A stretch of 64,000 bases of DNA from the NCBI RefSeq assembly GCF_004010195.1, contig NC_057719.1, positions 90,611,756 to 90,675,755 on the forward strand, in the 5' to 3' direction. This document shows positions 1 through 13,333 of the stretch, piece by piece. Numbering within the stretch: position 1 is the stretch's first letter; every line of letters begins with the position of its first letter. The notes below the pieces were generated by a model. The model saw only the letters and a program-made list of their open reading frames with translations. It ran no database searches and had not been told where the DNA came from. Origin of the DNA: Chiloscyllium plagiosum. Lineage: Eukaryota. The position numbers and the translations under genes are program-made.

Positions 1-699
1 ATTATAACATTTATTAATGTAATTTTAGCAAAACACAAGTTTAAAAAAGTAATTTAGTTATTATCTACAATCTAAATTCCAGTCTTCTTTGATCATAACC
101 CCACGCCCAGGCAGACTGACAAACACAGTTAAGGATAAACTAAAAAATAAAATAAGACATTTGTATTTTGCCAGTGCAAAGACAGTTCTAAACAATTGAT
201 ACACGATCTTCCTGAAATCCTTGGACAATGCATTGTTCTCAGGCATATAACAATATATCTTGCTTGAATTCCAAAGTCATTTTTACTCCATATAGTCTCA
301 GCAGATTTCTAGAAATATTTACTCTTCTTACAGATGGATTCCTTTCTCAGAATCTTTGACAATTTGATAACTAGACAGAGAGCAGTATCAAGCAGCACCA
401 TCTCTGGAAATTTCCAAAAATCACACAGGCTCCTGCCAAAACCCAGTTAGTTTTCCCTTAATTAACTAATTCAACATCCAACCAGCTTCCAGCCCTGAGA
501 AAAAAAATTGGGAGGACTGGTGTATAGAAGCTCAAACAGTAGCCACTCTGTACAAAAGACTGTAAATCAACAAATAAAAGGACCATGTAAAAAGCAATAA
601 TTATGGGTGACGTTAGTCTTCATGTTAATTGGGTTAATCAAGTTGGAAAGGGTAACTGACAACAAATAGCATGCATTAGGGATAGTTTCCGAAAGTCTC

Positions 700-1120
700 T
701 GGCGATCCAATCTATCTATGCCTTTCATCATCTTGTACACCTCTGTGAGTCACCTCATCCTTCTTTGCTCCAATGAGAAAAGCCCTAGCTCCCTCATCCT
801 TTCTACAAAAGACACAAAATCCAGTTCAGGCAGCATCCTGGTAAATCACCTCTGTACCCTGTCTAAAGCTTCCACATCTTTCCTATAATGAGATGACCAG
901 AACTGAATACAATATTCCAAGTGTGGGAAAGTTTCTGAAAGCAGGTTTCATTCAGAAAGTGGGGAGGCATGGAATGCAAGGAAATTTGGCTATCTGGATA
1001 CAGAATTGGCTGGCCCATGGAAGACAGAGGGAGGCAGTAGATGGAAAGTATTCAGTCTGGAGCTCGGTGACCAGTGGTGTTCCACAGGGATCTGTTCTGG
1101 GACATCTGCTCTTCGTGATT
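700..1120. mobile_element. CR1 LINE fragments (minus 700-925, plus 925-1120)
   Basis: WIQNWL...VTSGVPQGSVLG on the + strand. Confidence 0.8.
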
Positions 1121-1799
1121 CAAAGGGACAGATTAAAACGGTTAAAAAAGCAGCACTTCCTTTCACTCCTTCTAGATTCTCACCTGCATCAAATTCCCAA
1201 GTTATTATTCATACTGTATCATATTTTGTGTGTTGGCAAAATCTATCCACTTGGATAGAAAGCTGACGGCTCACAACCAAGTTGCAACTGCTAAACTGTC
1301 TTTTCTCCACACTAATTAACACTTAGTCACTTTCAGTTGGATTGTCACACAAGCCTGGCACTAACTTTTACATAATTTGTGGAAAATTCAGTAGATTGAC
1401 AGGAAGGCTAAATTATTTTGGGAAATAATCAAGCTCCTAAAGACAACACGTGACTCGTCAGATCCCTCCGAAGGGTGGGAGAAAGTTTTATTGACAGAGT
1501 ACTCTTGGGTTAGTGAAAGATCTCAATTGATGCAGGTAGGGAAGCATAAGTAGTGTTGATTTGATGGGAATTGATTATGTTTAGGCCTAAATGGTATTTT
1601 CTTCGCCTGGCTACTTAAACACTTTTAAGTGTACAGAGGGCAATGCAGATCAACTTTAATCTTACCAGCACACTCTTCAGCACAGAAATTCCTTTTCAAA
1701 TGCCCACTAGGTGGCAATCCACTGAGCCAAGCGAAAAAATGTACCTGTATTCCAATAACTTCCCACTTTTTACAGATTTAAAGAAGGTATTATATTTTA

Positions 1800-1925
1800 A
1801 ACTAAACAAAAACCAAAAGAACTGTAGATACTATAAATCAGAAACAAAAACGGAAATTGCTGGTAAAGCTCAGCAGGCCTGGCAGCATCTGTGAAGAGAA
1901 ATCAGAGTTAATGTTTCAGGTCCAC
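1800..1925 (-). mobile_element. Short PLE-like terminal fragment of a further family (related copies at about 20260-20370, 28895-29020, 51045-51200, 58115-58205)
   Basis: Shared gctgg(t/a)(a/g)aa(g/a)ctcagcagg.ctggcagcatctgtg...gagttaa.gtttc.ggtcc motif in all copies. Confidence 0.65.
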
Positions 1926-3583
1926 TTTCACTTTAAGTGTCATATATGTAAGACCTTAATGGTGCAATTTGCATGTTAAGAAAACTTGTGGGAAATTACT
2001 TTCTATGTGCAAGATAGGTGGGGGTACTTTAAATTGAGGTTAATGCTTTCAGGTTGCATAAGAACATAGGAGTGTGCTAACCTTCAAGCTTGCTCTACCA
2101 CCATTCAGTAAGAACGTGACCGATCTGATTGTAATCTCAATTCCACTTTCCTGCCCACCCTCTCATTCTCTCAGGGCAACATAAGGTAGGCTGGGAACTT
2201 TTCAGGATCCAAAGTGGCAACTTTGTGGTTTGCACAACATGCAATGAGAAATGTTGTGAACAGGGTGGCCAATAAATAATGTGGCGTTTGGTTTCTGTTC
2301 CAGTGTGATGCTAACTGCTGAAACTATAAGTCCCAAATATTGACAGATCACATTAAACAGTTATCACTTCGGCTGTTAACAGCAAGCAAGCTGTACCCAA
2401 ACTGTACCCAAACAGCCCTGAATGGCTTAATGAAAAATACCGTGTCTAAAATAAGACAAAATCAATTTCCAGCATTCTGTGAAATTGTAACCTTAAGGAA
2501 TATGCTCAGTTCCAAGCAACTTCTGATTGTTTCAAAATGTAGGTAACATTCAATTCTGCTCAGTAATAGGACAGGGTCTTTTTACAAGGGTTTTGATATG
2601 TCACTCAGAATAATTGAGGATGTTCTTGAAAAGGACCTCAAAGACTACAGACAGTGAGTTGGAGGAAGGAAACAAACACAGACGTAGACCCCATATTAGG
2701 GATGCTGCAGTGATCTGTAATGCTGGGATGGAAACTTAACTACATGGATCCAATGCAGGGGACTCATTGAGGAATCAAGAGTAATTGGATGGCTCTGTGC
2801 TGTTCAAGCTCAGTAAGAAATTCTAGGGATTAGTAGGCAGCTAAGTGTTGGAGTCAGGAATTGACAAAAGTCCTGGAAGCAGAAAAAAATGGGAACATCA
2901 CTGGCTCTGTGTTGGAAGAAGCCATGAGGGTAGGACTGCTCAGTGATGCAAGCTCTTAGTGAAGAGATATGTTGTAAATAAGTTCTGGAGTGCGGTTTTG
3001 GAGACCAGGGCAGCACAGACCATGAAAAGGAGGGTGATCGATCAGAATACAAAACAGATTTTGAGCAGCTCATGGAGGGAGCCTTAAAGTTGGATGGAGA
3101 GAATTGAAGAATTGTAATTGTTTGTGAAGTTACGTTAGATTGGTTTACCCACGGTGACCTTAAAATCTGAAGGGAATGGGGGTTTCAGAGGCAGAATTGC
3201 TGAGAAATCTTAGAGATTTGCTTTCATGCCATTTGGCCATTGATGTGTCTTGTGGGTATTCAATCATAATACATTATCTACATTTACCACATGTTAATTC
3301 TTGGTGTTAGAATATAAGTTATACATATATTGTACATTATACTACTGTTCTGTTGTTGCAAAGTAAAGTTTATTGTTTGTGCAAAACTGTGGAAAGTTGT
3401 GCTTTTATTTCCCCAGGGTCTCACATTTTTTCTACTTTTAAAAAAACTTACTAGTCCCGAGCCAGATTGTAACATACATTTATCAGTCAAGTCCAGGTTC
3501 GAACATTAAAGTAACATTGGATGCAAGTGTCCAATTGGGCAAAAGATAAATAATAATGGATGTGTCAATAAATATACTGATAG

Positions 3584-5836
3584 AGGTAAAACCAATGACT
3601 GCAGATGCTGGAAACCAGATTCTGGATTAGTGGTGCTGGAAGAGCACAGCAATTCAGGCAGCATCCAAGGAGCAGCAAAATCGACGTTTCGGGCAAAAGC
3701 CCTTCATCAGGAATAAAGGCAGTGAGCCTGAAGCGTGGAGAGAGAAGCTAGAGGAGGGTGGGGGTGGGNNNNNNNNNNNNNNNNNNNNNNNNNNNNNNNN
3801 NNNNNNNNNNNNNNNNNNNNNNNNNNNNNNNNNNNNNNNNNNNNNNNNNNNNNNNNNNNNNNNNNNNNNNNNNNNNNNNNNNNNNNNNNNNNNNNNNNNN
3901 NNNNNNNNNNNNNNNNNNNNNNNNNNNNNNNNNNNNNNNNNNNNNNNNNNNNNNNNNCCAGTTTCCCCAATGTAGAGGAGACCGCATCGGGAGCAACGGA
4001 TACAATAAATGATATTAGTGGATGTGCAAGTAAAACTTTGATGGATGTGGAAGGCTCCTTTAGGGCCTTGGATAGAGGTGAGGGAGGAGGTGTGGGCGCA
4101 GGTTTTACAGTTCCTGCGGTGGCAGGGGAAAGTGCCAGGATGGGAGGGAGGGTTGTAGGGGGGCATGGACCTGCCCGGTTCTACCTCCTTCCCAAGATCC
4201 ACAAGCCTGACCACCTTGGCCAACCCATTGTCTCAGCATGCTCCTGCCCCACTGAACTCATCTCTACCTACCTCGACACTGTCCTATCTCTAGTCCAGGA
4301 ACTCCCCACATACGTTCGAGACACCACCCATGCCCTCCACCTCCTCCAAGACTTCTGTTTCCCTGGCCCCCAACGCCTCATCTTCACCATGGATATCCAA
4401 TCCCTCTACACCTCCATCCGCCATGACCAGGCCCTCCAAGCCCTCCATTTTTTCCTCTTCAGACGTCCCCAACAGTACCCTTCCACCGACACTCTCATTC
4501 GTTTGGCCGAACTGGTCCTCACTCTTAACAATTTCTCCTTTGAATCCTCCCAATTCCTCCAGACCATTGGGGTAGCCATGGGCACACGTATGGGCCCCAG
4601 CTATGCCTGTCTCTTTGTTGGCTACGTAGAGCNNNNNNNNNNNNNNNNNNNNNNNNNNNNNNNNNNNNNNNNNNNNNNNNNNNNNNNNNNNNNNNNNNNN
4701 NNNNNNNNNNNNNNNNNNNNNNNNNNNNNNNNNNNNNNNNTTCGTGGACCTCTCCATCTCCATCAGTGACGACCGACTTGACACTGATATTTTTTACAAA
4801 CCCACAGACTCCCACAGCTACCTGGATTACACCTCTTCACACTCTATCTCTTGCAAAAATGCCATCCTGTATTCCCAATTCCTCCGCCTCCGCTGTATCT
4901 GCTCCCAGGAGGACCAGTTCCACCACAGAACACACCAGATGGTCTCCTTCTTTAGAGACTGCAATTTCCCTTCCCACTTGGTTAAAGATGCCCTCCAACG
5001 CATCTCGTCCNNNNNNNNNNNNNNNNNNNNNNNNNNNNNNNNNNNNNNNNNNNNNNNNNNNNNNNNNGCCCCCCTATGACCCACCCTCCCATCCTGGCAC
5101 TTTCCCCTGCCCCCGCAGGAACTGTAAAACCTGTGCCCACACCTCCTCCCTCACCTCCTTCCAAGGCCCTAAAGGAGCCTTCCACATCCATCAAATTTTT
5201 ACCTGCACATCCATTAATATCATTTATTGTATCTGTTGCTCCCGATGCGGTCTCCTCTACATTGGGGGGACTGGGCGCCTCCTAGCAGAGCGCTTTAGGG
5301 AACATCTCCGAGACACCCGCACCAATCAACCACATCGCCCAGTGGCTCAACATTTCAACTCCCCCTCCCACTCTGCCGAGGACATGGAGGTCCTGGGCCT
5401 CCTTCACCGCTGCTCCCTCACCACCAGACGCCTGGAGGAAGAACGCCTCATCTTCCGCCTCGGAACACTTCAACCCCAGGGCATCAATGTGGACTTCAAC
5501 AGTCTCCTCATTTCTCCTTCCCCCACCTCACCCTAATTCCAAACTTCCAGCTCAGCACTGTCCCCATGACTTGTCTGAACTTGTCCTACCTGCCTATCTC
5601 CTTTTCCACCTATCCACTCCACCCTCTCCTCCCTGACCTATCACCTTCATCCCCTCCCCCACTCACCCATTGTACTCTATGCTACTTTCTCCCCACCCTA
5701 CCCTCCTCGACCTTATCTCTCCACCCTTCAGGCTCACTGCCTTTATTCCTGATGAAGGGCTTTTGCCCGAAACATCGATTTTGCTGCTCCTTGGATGCTG
5801 CCTGAACTGCTGTGCTCTTCCAGCACCACTAATCCA
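3584..5836 (+). mobile_element. Penelope-like retroelement (Neptune-like), 5'-truncated, with an inverted 3'-end copy at its left end
   Basis: RT motifs (RFYLLPKIHK, FTMDIQSLYTSI, GVAMGTRMGPSYACLF); Cys-rich linker and GIY-YIG (CPRRNCKTC...NIIYCICCSRCGLLYIGGTGR); 3584-~4168 is the 3' part on the minus strand; 14-bp TSD AAATATACTGATAG at 3570-3583 and 5837-5850; three N gaps inside. Confidence 0.92.
3678..3715 (-). ncRNA. Minimal hammerhead-ribozyme-like motif in PLE terminal repeat (intact core)
   Basis: Minus strand: auuc-CUGAUGA-A-GGGC-uuuu-GCCC-GAAAC-GUC-gauu. Confidence 0.7.
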
Positions 5837-6092
5837 AAATATACTGATAGCCAATTCAAGATTATCAGTCAGACTTGGAGTGTGGCATACTTGTTTGTAC
5901 TGGAAGCTATATCTATCAATAAGACAGGGCCGTATTCTTTGCAAACATAAATAATATATACAGAAATCAGCAAAATCAATAAAAGCCATTCCCGTCGTTA
6001 TTTCCTTAGGGCAATGTTTTGACCAATCAGAGTCAATATGTTTGGCTCAATATTCAAACAAAGTTTAACAATCGAATGTCAGTGATTATCAA

Positions 6093-6350
6093 AGTGAGAA
6101 ATCTCACACCACTAGGTTATAGTCCAACAGGTGTAGTTGGAAGTACAGGCTTTCGGAGCACTGTTCCGTTAGGTAGCTAGTTGGGTAACATCATAGAACA
6201 CATGATCCTGCCCCACTAGCTACCTGATGAAGGAGCACTGCCCTGAAATCTTGTACTTCCAAATAAACCTGTTGGACTATAACCTGGTGTTGTGTGATTT
6301 TTAACTTTGCCCACATGAGTCTAAGACTGGCACCTCCACATCATGGCTAT
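6093..6350. mobile_element. Inverted-repeat short element of a separate PLE-like family
   Basis: Arms cacaccactaggttatagtccaacagg...tagctag and ctagctacctgatgaaggagc...ctgttggactataacctggtgttgtg; a fragment of the same family lies at about 17995-18045. Confidence 0.7.
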
Positions 6351-7245
6351 CATCAAAATGGTACATTCTGCATAGCAATATTTCTGTCAATGTGGGTACA
6401 CTTATCAAACGATCAGCAGTCGTTGCTCATGCAATATAAAAAGTTTCTCTTGTGAATGTCTTGTTACAGCTTTAAATAAATGATTTTTTTTCAGCAACAC
6501 TCAAGTGAAGTGTGTTAAAGTGAGAATTTTAATGGAAGATGTTGATCATTTAAATTGTTATGGAGAAGGGACATTGAAAAACCAAACTTGAAAATGCTCA
6601 CACGGAAGATAGCTAGTTTATGTGATACGGGAAGGTATCAAGCACAAGTGGACTAGAGACAAAGACTGGGTCGGAAAATAATGGAGCAAAGACAGGCTTT
6701 AAGTGGAGGGACTTAAGGCATAAAAAGAGCATTTCCTTAGAAGGATGAAAGGCGGAGTATCCAAACTAGAACTTCCTAGATAACCAAAAAGAGAGTTTAA
6801 CATAAACAGTAAAAGGAGGTTTTTGATCAATGTCAGGTACAAAATACACTAGAAAGCAGGTAGAACACAGACAGTGCAGAGATGCATTGATAAAGAACAT
6901 AAAAGTAAAAAGAGTATATGAGAATAGATTAGCAGTTAACATGAAAAAACCCAAAACACTTTTATAATTATATGAAAAGTTAAAGGAATGATGGGGACTC
7001 CACCATTTAAAGATAAAAAGAGAATTAGGAGTGTAACAGATAAAACAAATTAGTACTTGCATCTGCCATCATAAAAGAGGGCATGAAACTAATTTCACAG
7101 TGGAGCAAAGGGAGAAGAAATCTGTATAAAAAATATAGAAAGGAGATGCTAAATATCATCATGCAATTAACAAGTCACCCAGTCCAGTTGGAATGCTAGG
7201 GGAAGCCAGGGAGGAGATTGTGTAATCTGCAATCTTTCAATTCTG

Positions 7246-7463
7246 AAAATGTGTTGCTGGAAAAGTGCAGCAGGTCAGGCAGCATCCAAGGAACAGGAGA
7301 ATCAACGTTTCGGGCATAAGCCCTTCTTCAGGATTCCTGAAGAAGGGCTTATGCCCGAAACATCGATTCTCCTGTTCCTTGGATGCTGCCTGACCTGCTG
7401 CGCTTTTCCAGCAACACATTTTCAGCTCTGATCTCCAGCATCTGCAGCCCTCACTTTCTCTCG
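7246..7463. mobile_element. Palindromic short PLE-derived element
   Basis: About 90-bp inverted arms around axis 7334 (cttcagga-t-tcctgaag); 15-bp TSD AATCTTTCAATTCTG at 7231-7245 and 7464-7478. Confidence 0.88.
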
Positions 7464-7931
7464 AATCTTTCAATTCTGCTTGGTTGATGGAATAGTACCA
7501 GGAGATTGGAGGAGTGAAAATGTTGCAGTGTTGTTAAAGAGGAGCGTGATAAGCAAGTAAGTCAATCTCTTGTTAGACAGAGATCATAATTAAGGACAAC
7601 ATCAACTCTGATTAGGGAAACTTGAACTAATAAGGTACAGGCAGTGTGGAAATGTTAAAGGGTGACCATGTCTAACTAATGTAATTGAGATCTTTGAGAT
7701 AACTGAGAGGATTGGAGAAGGTACTGCAGTAAATGGTGCATGTATGGATTTTGAAAGGCTTTTGATATAATATTAAAGAACAAACATATTTGGAAAATAG
7801 ACGCACGTGATATTAAAAGAATGGTTATAACTTGTGTATAAAATTGACTATGGGTTAGGAGGCAGAGAGAGACGTAGTGGATGGATATCTTTTAAACCAG
7901 AGAGAAGCAGATGGTGGGATTTTACAACCAG

Positions 7932-8060
7932 GCGAAAGTGAGGACTGCAGATACTGGAGATTATAGTCGAGAGTGTGGTGCTGGAAAAGCACAGCAGGTC
8001 AGGCAGCATCCGAAGAGCAGGAGAGTTGATGTTTGGGCAAAAGCCCTTCATCAGGAAGGC
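7932..8060 (-). mobile_element. Short PLE terminal-repeat insertion
   Basis: Related to the 7246-7463 terminus; 11-bp TSD TTTACAACCAG at 7921-7931 and 8061-8071. Confidence 0.85.
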
Positions 8061-8375
8061 TTTACAACCAGTATATGGGTAAATGGTATACAATTCTGAC
8101 ATTTGCAGATGATTGAAATCTAATACAGAGGAGGGTTACAGACTGTAGAAGGATTGAAGAAATGGCAAATATGTGGCAGATGTAATTGAAAATGGAGTGA
8201 TGGCATTTGGGAGAAGCAACCAGGACAAGGACAATTCTGGACACCAAGAAGAATGTACATGTCACTGAGTTGATATGGTGCATGTTTAACAGGATGACAA
8301 CAGGACTGATAGCTGGTAGTTATGTGGAAAAATCAGAGAATCTTCAGATTCGAGAAGGTTTTAAAGATACTTGAG

Positions 8376-9240
8376 TCATAGAGTCATACAGCACAGAAAC
8401 AGACTCTTCAGTCCAATCAGTCCATGCTGAATGTAATCCCGAACTAAACTAGCCCCACCTGCCTGGTCCTGGCCCATATCCCTCCAAACCTTTCCTATCC
8501 AAGTGACTTTTAAATGTTGTAATTGTATCCACAACCAACGCTTCCTCAGTAAGTTCATTCCACATGCGAACCACCCTCTGTGTAAAAGATTTGCCTCTTT
8601 TGTCTTTTTAAAATCTCTCTCCTCTCACTTTAAAAATGTGCCGCCTAATCTTGAAATTCCCCATCTTGGGGAAAAGACAACTTCTCTCAACTCATTATTT
8701 TATAAACCTCTCTCAGGTCACTTCTCAAACTCCTACACTCTAGTGAAAAAAGTCCCATCCCTATCCAGCCTTTCTTTATCATTTAAACCTTCCATACCCA
8801 TCAACATCCTCTTCTGAGCTTGGAATCCAGGTTCATAGTTCCTTGAAAGTGGAGTCCTTGGTAGAGAGGATAGTAAAGGAGGTTGTTGGTATGCTTGCCT
8901 TTATTGGTCAGTGCATTGAGTATGGAAGCTGGGAGGTCATGTTGCAGCTATACAGGACATTGGTTAGTCTATTTTTGGAACACTGTATCGGGAAAACATT
9001 GATAAACTTGAAAGGTTTCAGAAAAGATTTACAAGGATGTTGTCAGGGTTGGAGAATTTGAGCTATAGGGAGAAGCTGAATAGGTTGAGTTTATTTTTCC
9101 TAGAGCGTCGGAGGTTGAGGGGTGATCTTATAGAGGGTTATAAAATCATGAGGGGCATGGAAAGGGTAAATAGCCAAGCTCTTTTCCCCAGGGTGGGGAG
9201 TCCAAAACCAGAGGGCTTAGATTTAAGATGAGAGGTAAAC
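8376..9240. mobile_element. Two CR1 LINE 3' fragments in opposite orientation
   Basis: Minus-strand tail at 8376-8810 and plus-strand LSYREKLNRL..RRLRGDLIE at 8815-9240. Confidence 0.8.
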
Positions 9241-9249
9241 GATTCTTAA

Positions 9250-11050
9250 CCTGGGCCTCTTACAGAGATATTTGTATCATCGGTAGTCCCAGGTGAGGTG
9301 CCAGAAGACTGGAGGATTGCGAACGTGGTACCACTATTTAAGAAAAGTGGTAAGGGCAAGCCAGGGAACTATAGACAGTGAGCTTGACGTTGGTGGTAGG
9401 CAAGTTGTTGGAAGGAATCCTGAGGGACAGGATGTACATGTATGTGGAAAGGCAAGGACTGATTAGGAATAGTCAACATGGCTTTATGTGTGGGAAATCA
9501 TGTCTCACAAGCTTGACTGAGTTTTTTGAAGAAGTAACAAAGAGGATTAATGAGGGAAGAGCGGTAGATGTGATCTATATGGACTTCAGTAAGGCATTCG
9601 ACAAGGTTCCCCATGAGAGACTGGTGAGCAAGGTTAGGACTCATGGAATACAGGGAGAACTCACCATTTGGATACAGAACTGGCTCAAAGGTAGATGACA
9701 GAGGGTAGTGGTGGAGGGTTGTTTTTCAGACTGGAGGCCTGTGACCAGTGAAAGGCCACAAGGATCGGTGCTGGGTCCACTACTTTTCATCATTTATATA
9801 AATGATTTGGATGTGAGGCCTGTGACCAGTGAAAGGCCACAAGGATCAGTGCTGGGTCCACTACTTTTCATCATTTATATAAATGATTTGGATGTGAGCA
9901 TAAGAAGTATAGTTATTAAGTTTGCTGATGACACCAAAATTGGAGGTGAAGTGGACAGCGAAGAGGGTTACCTCAGATTACAATGGGATCTTGATCAGAT
10001 GGGCCAATGGGCCGAGAAGTGATAGATGGAGTTTAATTTAGATAAATGTGAGGTGCTGCATTTTGGGAAAGCAAATCTTCGCAGGACTTATACACATAAT
10101 GGGAAGGTCCTCGGGAGTGTTGCTGAACAAAGAGACCTTGAAGTGCAGGTCCACAGCTCCTTGAAAGTAGAGTCTCAGGTAGATAGGATAGTGAAGAAGG
10201 TGTTTCGTATGCTCTCCTTTATTGGTCAGAGTACTGAGTACAGGAGTTGAGAGGTCATGTTGCAGCTGTACAGGATATTGGTTAGGCCACTGTTGGAGAA
10301 TTGTGTGCAATTCTGGTCTCCTTCCTATCGGAAAGATATTGTGAATCTTGAAAGGGTTCAGAAAAAATTTAGAAGGATGATGGAGGATTGGAGGATTTGA
10401 GCTATAGGAAGAGGTTGAATAGGCTAGGGCTGTTTTCCCTGGAGCTTCGGAGACTGATGGGTGACCTTATAGAGGTTTATAAAATTATGAGGGGCATGGA
10501 TAGGATAAATAGACAAAGTCTTTTCCCTGGGGTTTAGGATGAGGGGGAAAGATATAAAAGAGACCTAAGGGGCAACGTTTTCACGCAGAGGGTGGTATGT
10601 GTATGGAAATGAGCTGCCAGAGGAAGTGGTGGAGGCTGGTACAATTGCAATATTTAAAAAGCATCTGGATGGCTAAATGACTAGGAAGAGTTTGGAGGGA
10701 TATGGGCTGGGTGCTGGCAGCTGGGACTAGATTGGGTTGGGATATCTGGTCAGCATGGTCGAGTTGGACCAAAGGGTTTGTTTCCATACTGTACATCTCT
10801 ATTTAAAAGGGACCCAAGAGGAAACTTTTCATCCAGAGGGTGACATGTGCATAGAATGAGCTATCAGAGGAAATGATGGAGGGTAGTACAATTACGACAG
10901 TTAAAATGCATTTGAGTAGGAAGGATCTAGAGGGATAAGGATTAAATAATGGCAAATGGGACCAGGTTTATCTAGGACATCAAGTTGGCGTGGATGAATT
11001 GGACCGAAATGTCTGTTTCCATGCTGTACAACTCTCTGATTCTATAACTC
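9250..11050 (+). mobile_element. CR1/HER1-type LINE, RT and 3' tail, with a second tail fragment
   Basis: [48 protein letters not shown] motifs with stops; 81-bp internal tandem duplication. Confidence 0.92.
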
Positions 11051-11451
11051 TAGTCCTGTTGTGTAGCTTTACCATGTTAACATTTCATTTTTAGCTATGC
11101 CTCGTGCTATTCTTGCCATGTTTTGCTGCATTCTTCATTGATTTGGATGACAGAAGGGGATATACTATTGCCAAATTTGTGGAAGACAGAAAAATACATG
11201 AGAAGGCAAATGATAAGCATGATTCTGCAGGGCAGTATAAACAGGTTAAGTGCGTGACAAAGGGTGGCAAATGGAATATAATGTGGGGAAATTTGAGGTT
11301 TTTCTTTCTGGCAGGAAGCATTGAGGACTTGAATATAACTTAAATGGTGAAAGGCTGCAGCACAGAGGGATTTGTGGATCTTTGTGCATAACTCATAAAA
11401 AACTAGCATGCAGGTTTTGTAGGTGATACAGAATTCAATGCAATGTTCATC

Positions 11452-13333
11452 TTTATGGATGTAGATTTGCTTACTGAGCTGGAAGGTGTGTTTCCAGACG
11501 TTTAGTAGAAACGTGGTGTGTTGGATCTATCTGGTTTCATTTTTTGGAAGTCTGTCTCCTTAGGCATTCATGCAAAAAGTACAGCGGTTCGTGGGTGGCA
11601 CTCTGTCGGATGACATAGGTTTCCCATTTTCTGGCCTAATCGTAGCCCTACTCAAAAAACTTCAGAAATCTGGACAAATAATTAAGACCAACTTCCAAGA
11701 AGTGAAACCAGATGGATCCAACACACCACGCTTCTACAGATTACCCAAAATTCACAGACCAGGAGCCACCATCAGACCTATAGTCTCGCTACCTGGAACA
11801 CCAACTTACAGATTGGCCAAGAAGCTACACCAAAGACTAAAACACTTAGTAGAAGACTCATGCCACTCCATCCACTCCACCCAAGAATTCCTGAAGACCA
11901 TCAAAGACACCATGATAGAAGAGGATGAAATAATGGTCGCCTTTGACATAACAGCCCCGTTTACATTCATCAACATCAACCTGGCCAAGGAAACTGTGAC
12001 TACATTATTAGAAGAACCAAAGACACACACACCAAACACCACCAACTTCATCGGCAAGGACAATATCATCAAGCTAGTGGACCTATGCCTTACCACTCAC
12101 TTCATCTTCAACAACAAAACCTACGGACAAACCAACAGAACACCCATGGAATCTCCGATATCAGGGTTCTTAGCGGAGGCAGTAATACAGAGACTCAAAT
12201 AAACAGCTCTGCCAACCATCCAGCCCAAACTTTGGGTCCGCTACGTGGATGACATCACTAAATGAAACAAATTAGAGGAAACCTTCAAGACCATCAATAA
12301 TATCCTTTCAGGCATAAAATTCATTAAAGAGGAGGAAACCAACAACAAACTGCCATTCCTAGATGTCACAGTCGAGTGAACAGCCAATGGGAACTTCAAA
12401 CCAGTGTCTACAGGAAAATAACACATACTGATCAAATACTGAACAACAGAAGCAATCATTCCAACATCCACAAACGAAGCTGCATTAAAACATTATTTCA
12501 GCTAGCCACCACACACTGCAGCATAGAGGAACTATGCAGAGCAGAGGAAAATCACTTATACCGTGTATTCGAAAAGAATGGGTACCCAATGAACAAAGTC
12601 CACCGATTTCATAGCAACAAACCCCAACAAGCAGACAAAACACATCCGGAAACCTTAGCCACTCTCCCCTACATCAAAGACATCTCGGAAATGACTGCCA
12701 GACTATTCAGACCTCTTGGCATCATGGTAGCCCACAAACCCACCAACACACTAAAACAGCAGCTAATGAATGTGGAAGATCCTATACAGACAAGCAAAAT
12801 TAATGTCATTTACAAAATACCTTGCAAGAATTGTAACAAACACTACATTAGACATACAGGCAGAAAACTAGCTACCAGAATACATGAACATCAACTAGCC
12901 ACAAAAAGACATGACCCACTCTCACTAGTATCCTTATATACAGATAAGGAAGAACACAACTTCAACTTGGACAACACATCCATCCCAGGACATGCTAAAC
13001 AGAGACATGCACGAGAATTCCTCGAAGCATGGCATTCCAATCGGAACTCTATCATCAAACACATTGACTTGGATCCCATTTACCATCCTCTGAGAAAAAG
13101 AACAGGAAATGACATCACCACAAGAAATGACGTCACCACAGGAAATGGATTCACCGACCCAGTGAAACCTAAACATTTAAATAGAAAGTGGGCCATGTCA
13201 TCAGCACTTCATCCAGAGGCTCACTGATGATGTTGTCTCGTATGGTGACGAAATGTCTGAAAACAAACCTTCCAGCTCAGCGAGCAAACCTACATCCAGA
13301 ACCTCAACCTGAGCTACAAATCTTCTCAAAACT
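11452..13333 (+). mobile_element. Penelope-like retroelement (Poseidon-like), degenerate RT plus GIY-YIG
   Basis: PRFYRLPKIHRP, YVDD at about 12242, NVIYKIPCKNCNKHYI..TGR, REFLEAWHS; stops and frameshifts; short inverted 3' piece at the left end; 8-bp TSD TGTTCATC at 11444-11451 and 13334-13341; inserted into an old LINE. Confidence 0.9.
13221..13262 (+). ncRNA. Minimal hammerhead-ribozyme-like motif at the Poseidon-like 3' end (partly decayed)
   Basis: uca-CUGAUGA-U-guuguc-ucguau-ggugac-GAAAU-GUC-uga; stem I uca/uga. Confidence 0.6.

Larger units (their letters stand above)
6590..8370 (+). mobile_element. Old decayed CR1-like LINE interrupted by two short PLE inserts
   Basis: Degenerate DWR.ENV, YMDF.KAFD and FADD-like remnants. 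Confidence 0.6.

Noticed and set aside
3735..4769. 344-aa ORF as an intact gene
   Set aside because: It spans N gaps and crosses the inversion junction of the PLE; only the part after about 4168 is RT.
7237..7473. Mirror ORFs MCCWKSAAGQAASK on both strands
   Set aside because: A consequence of the palindromic repeat, not a protein.
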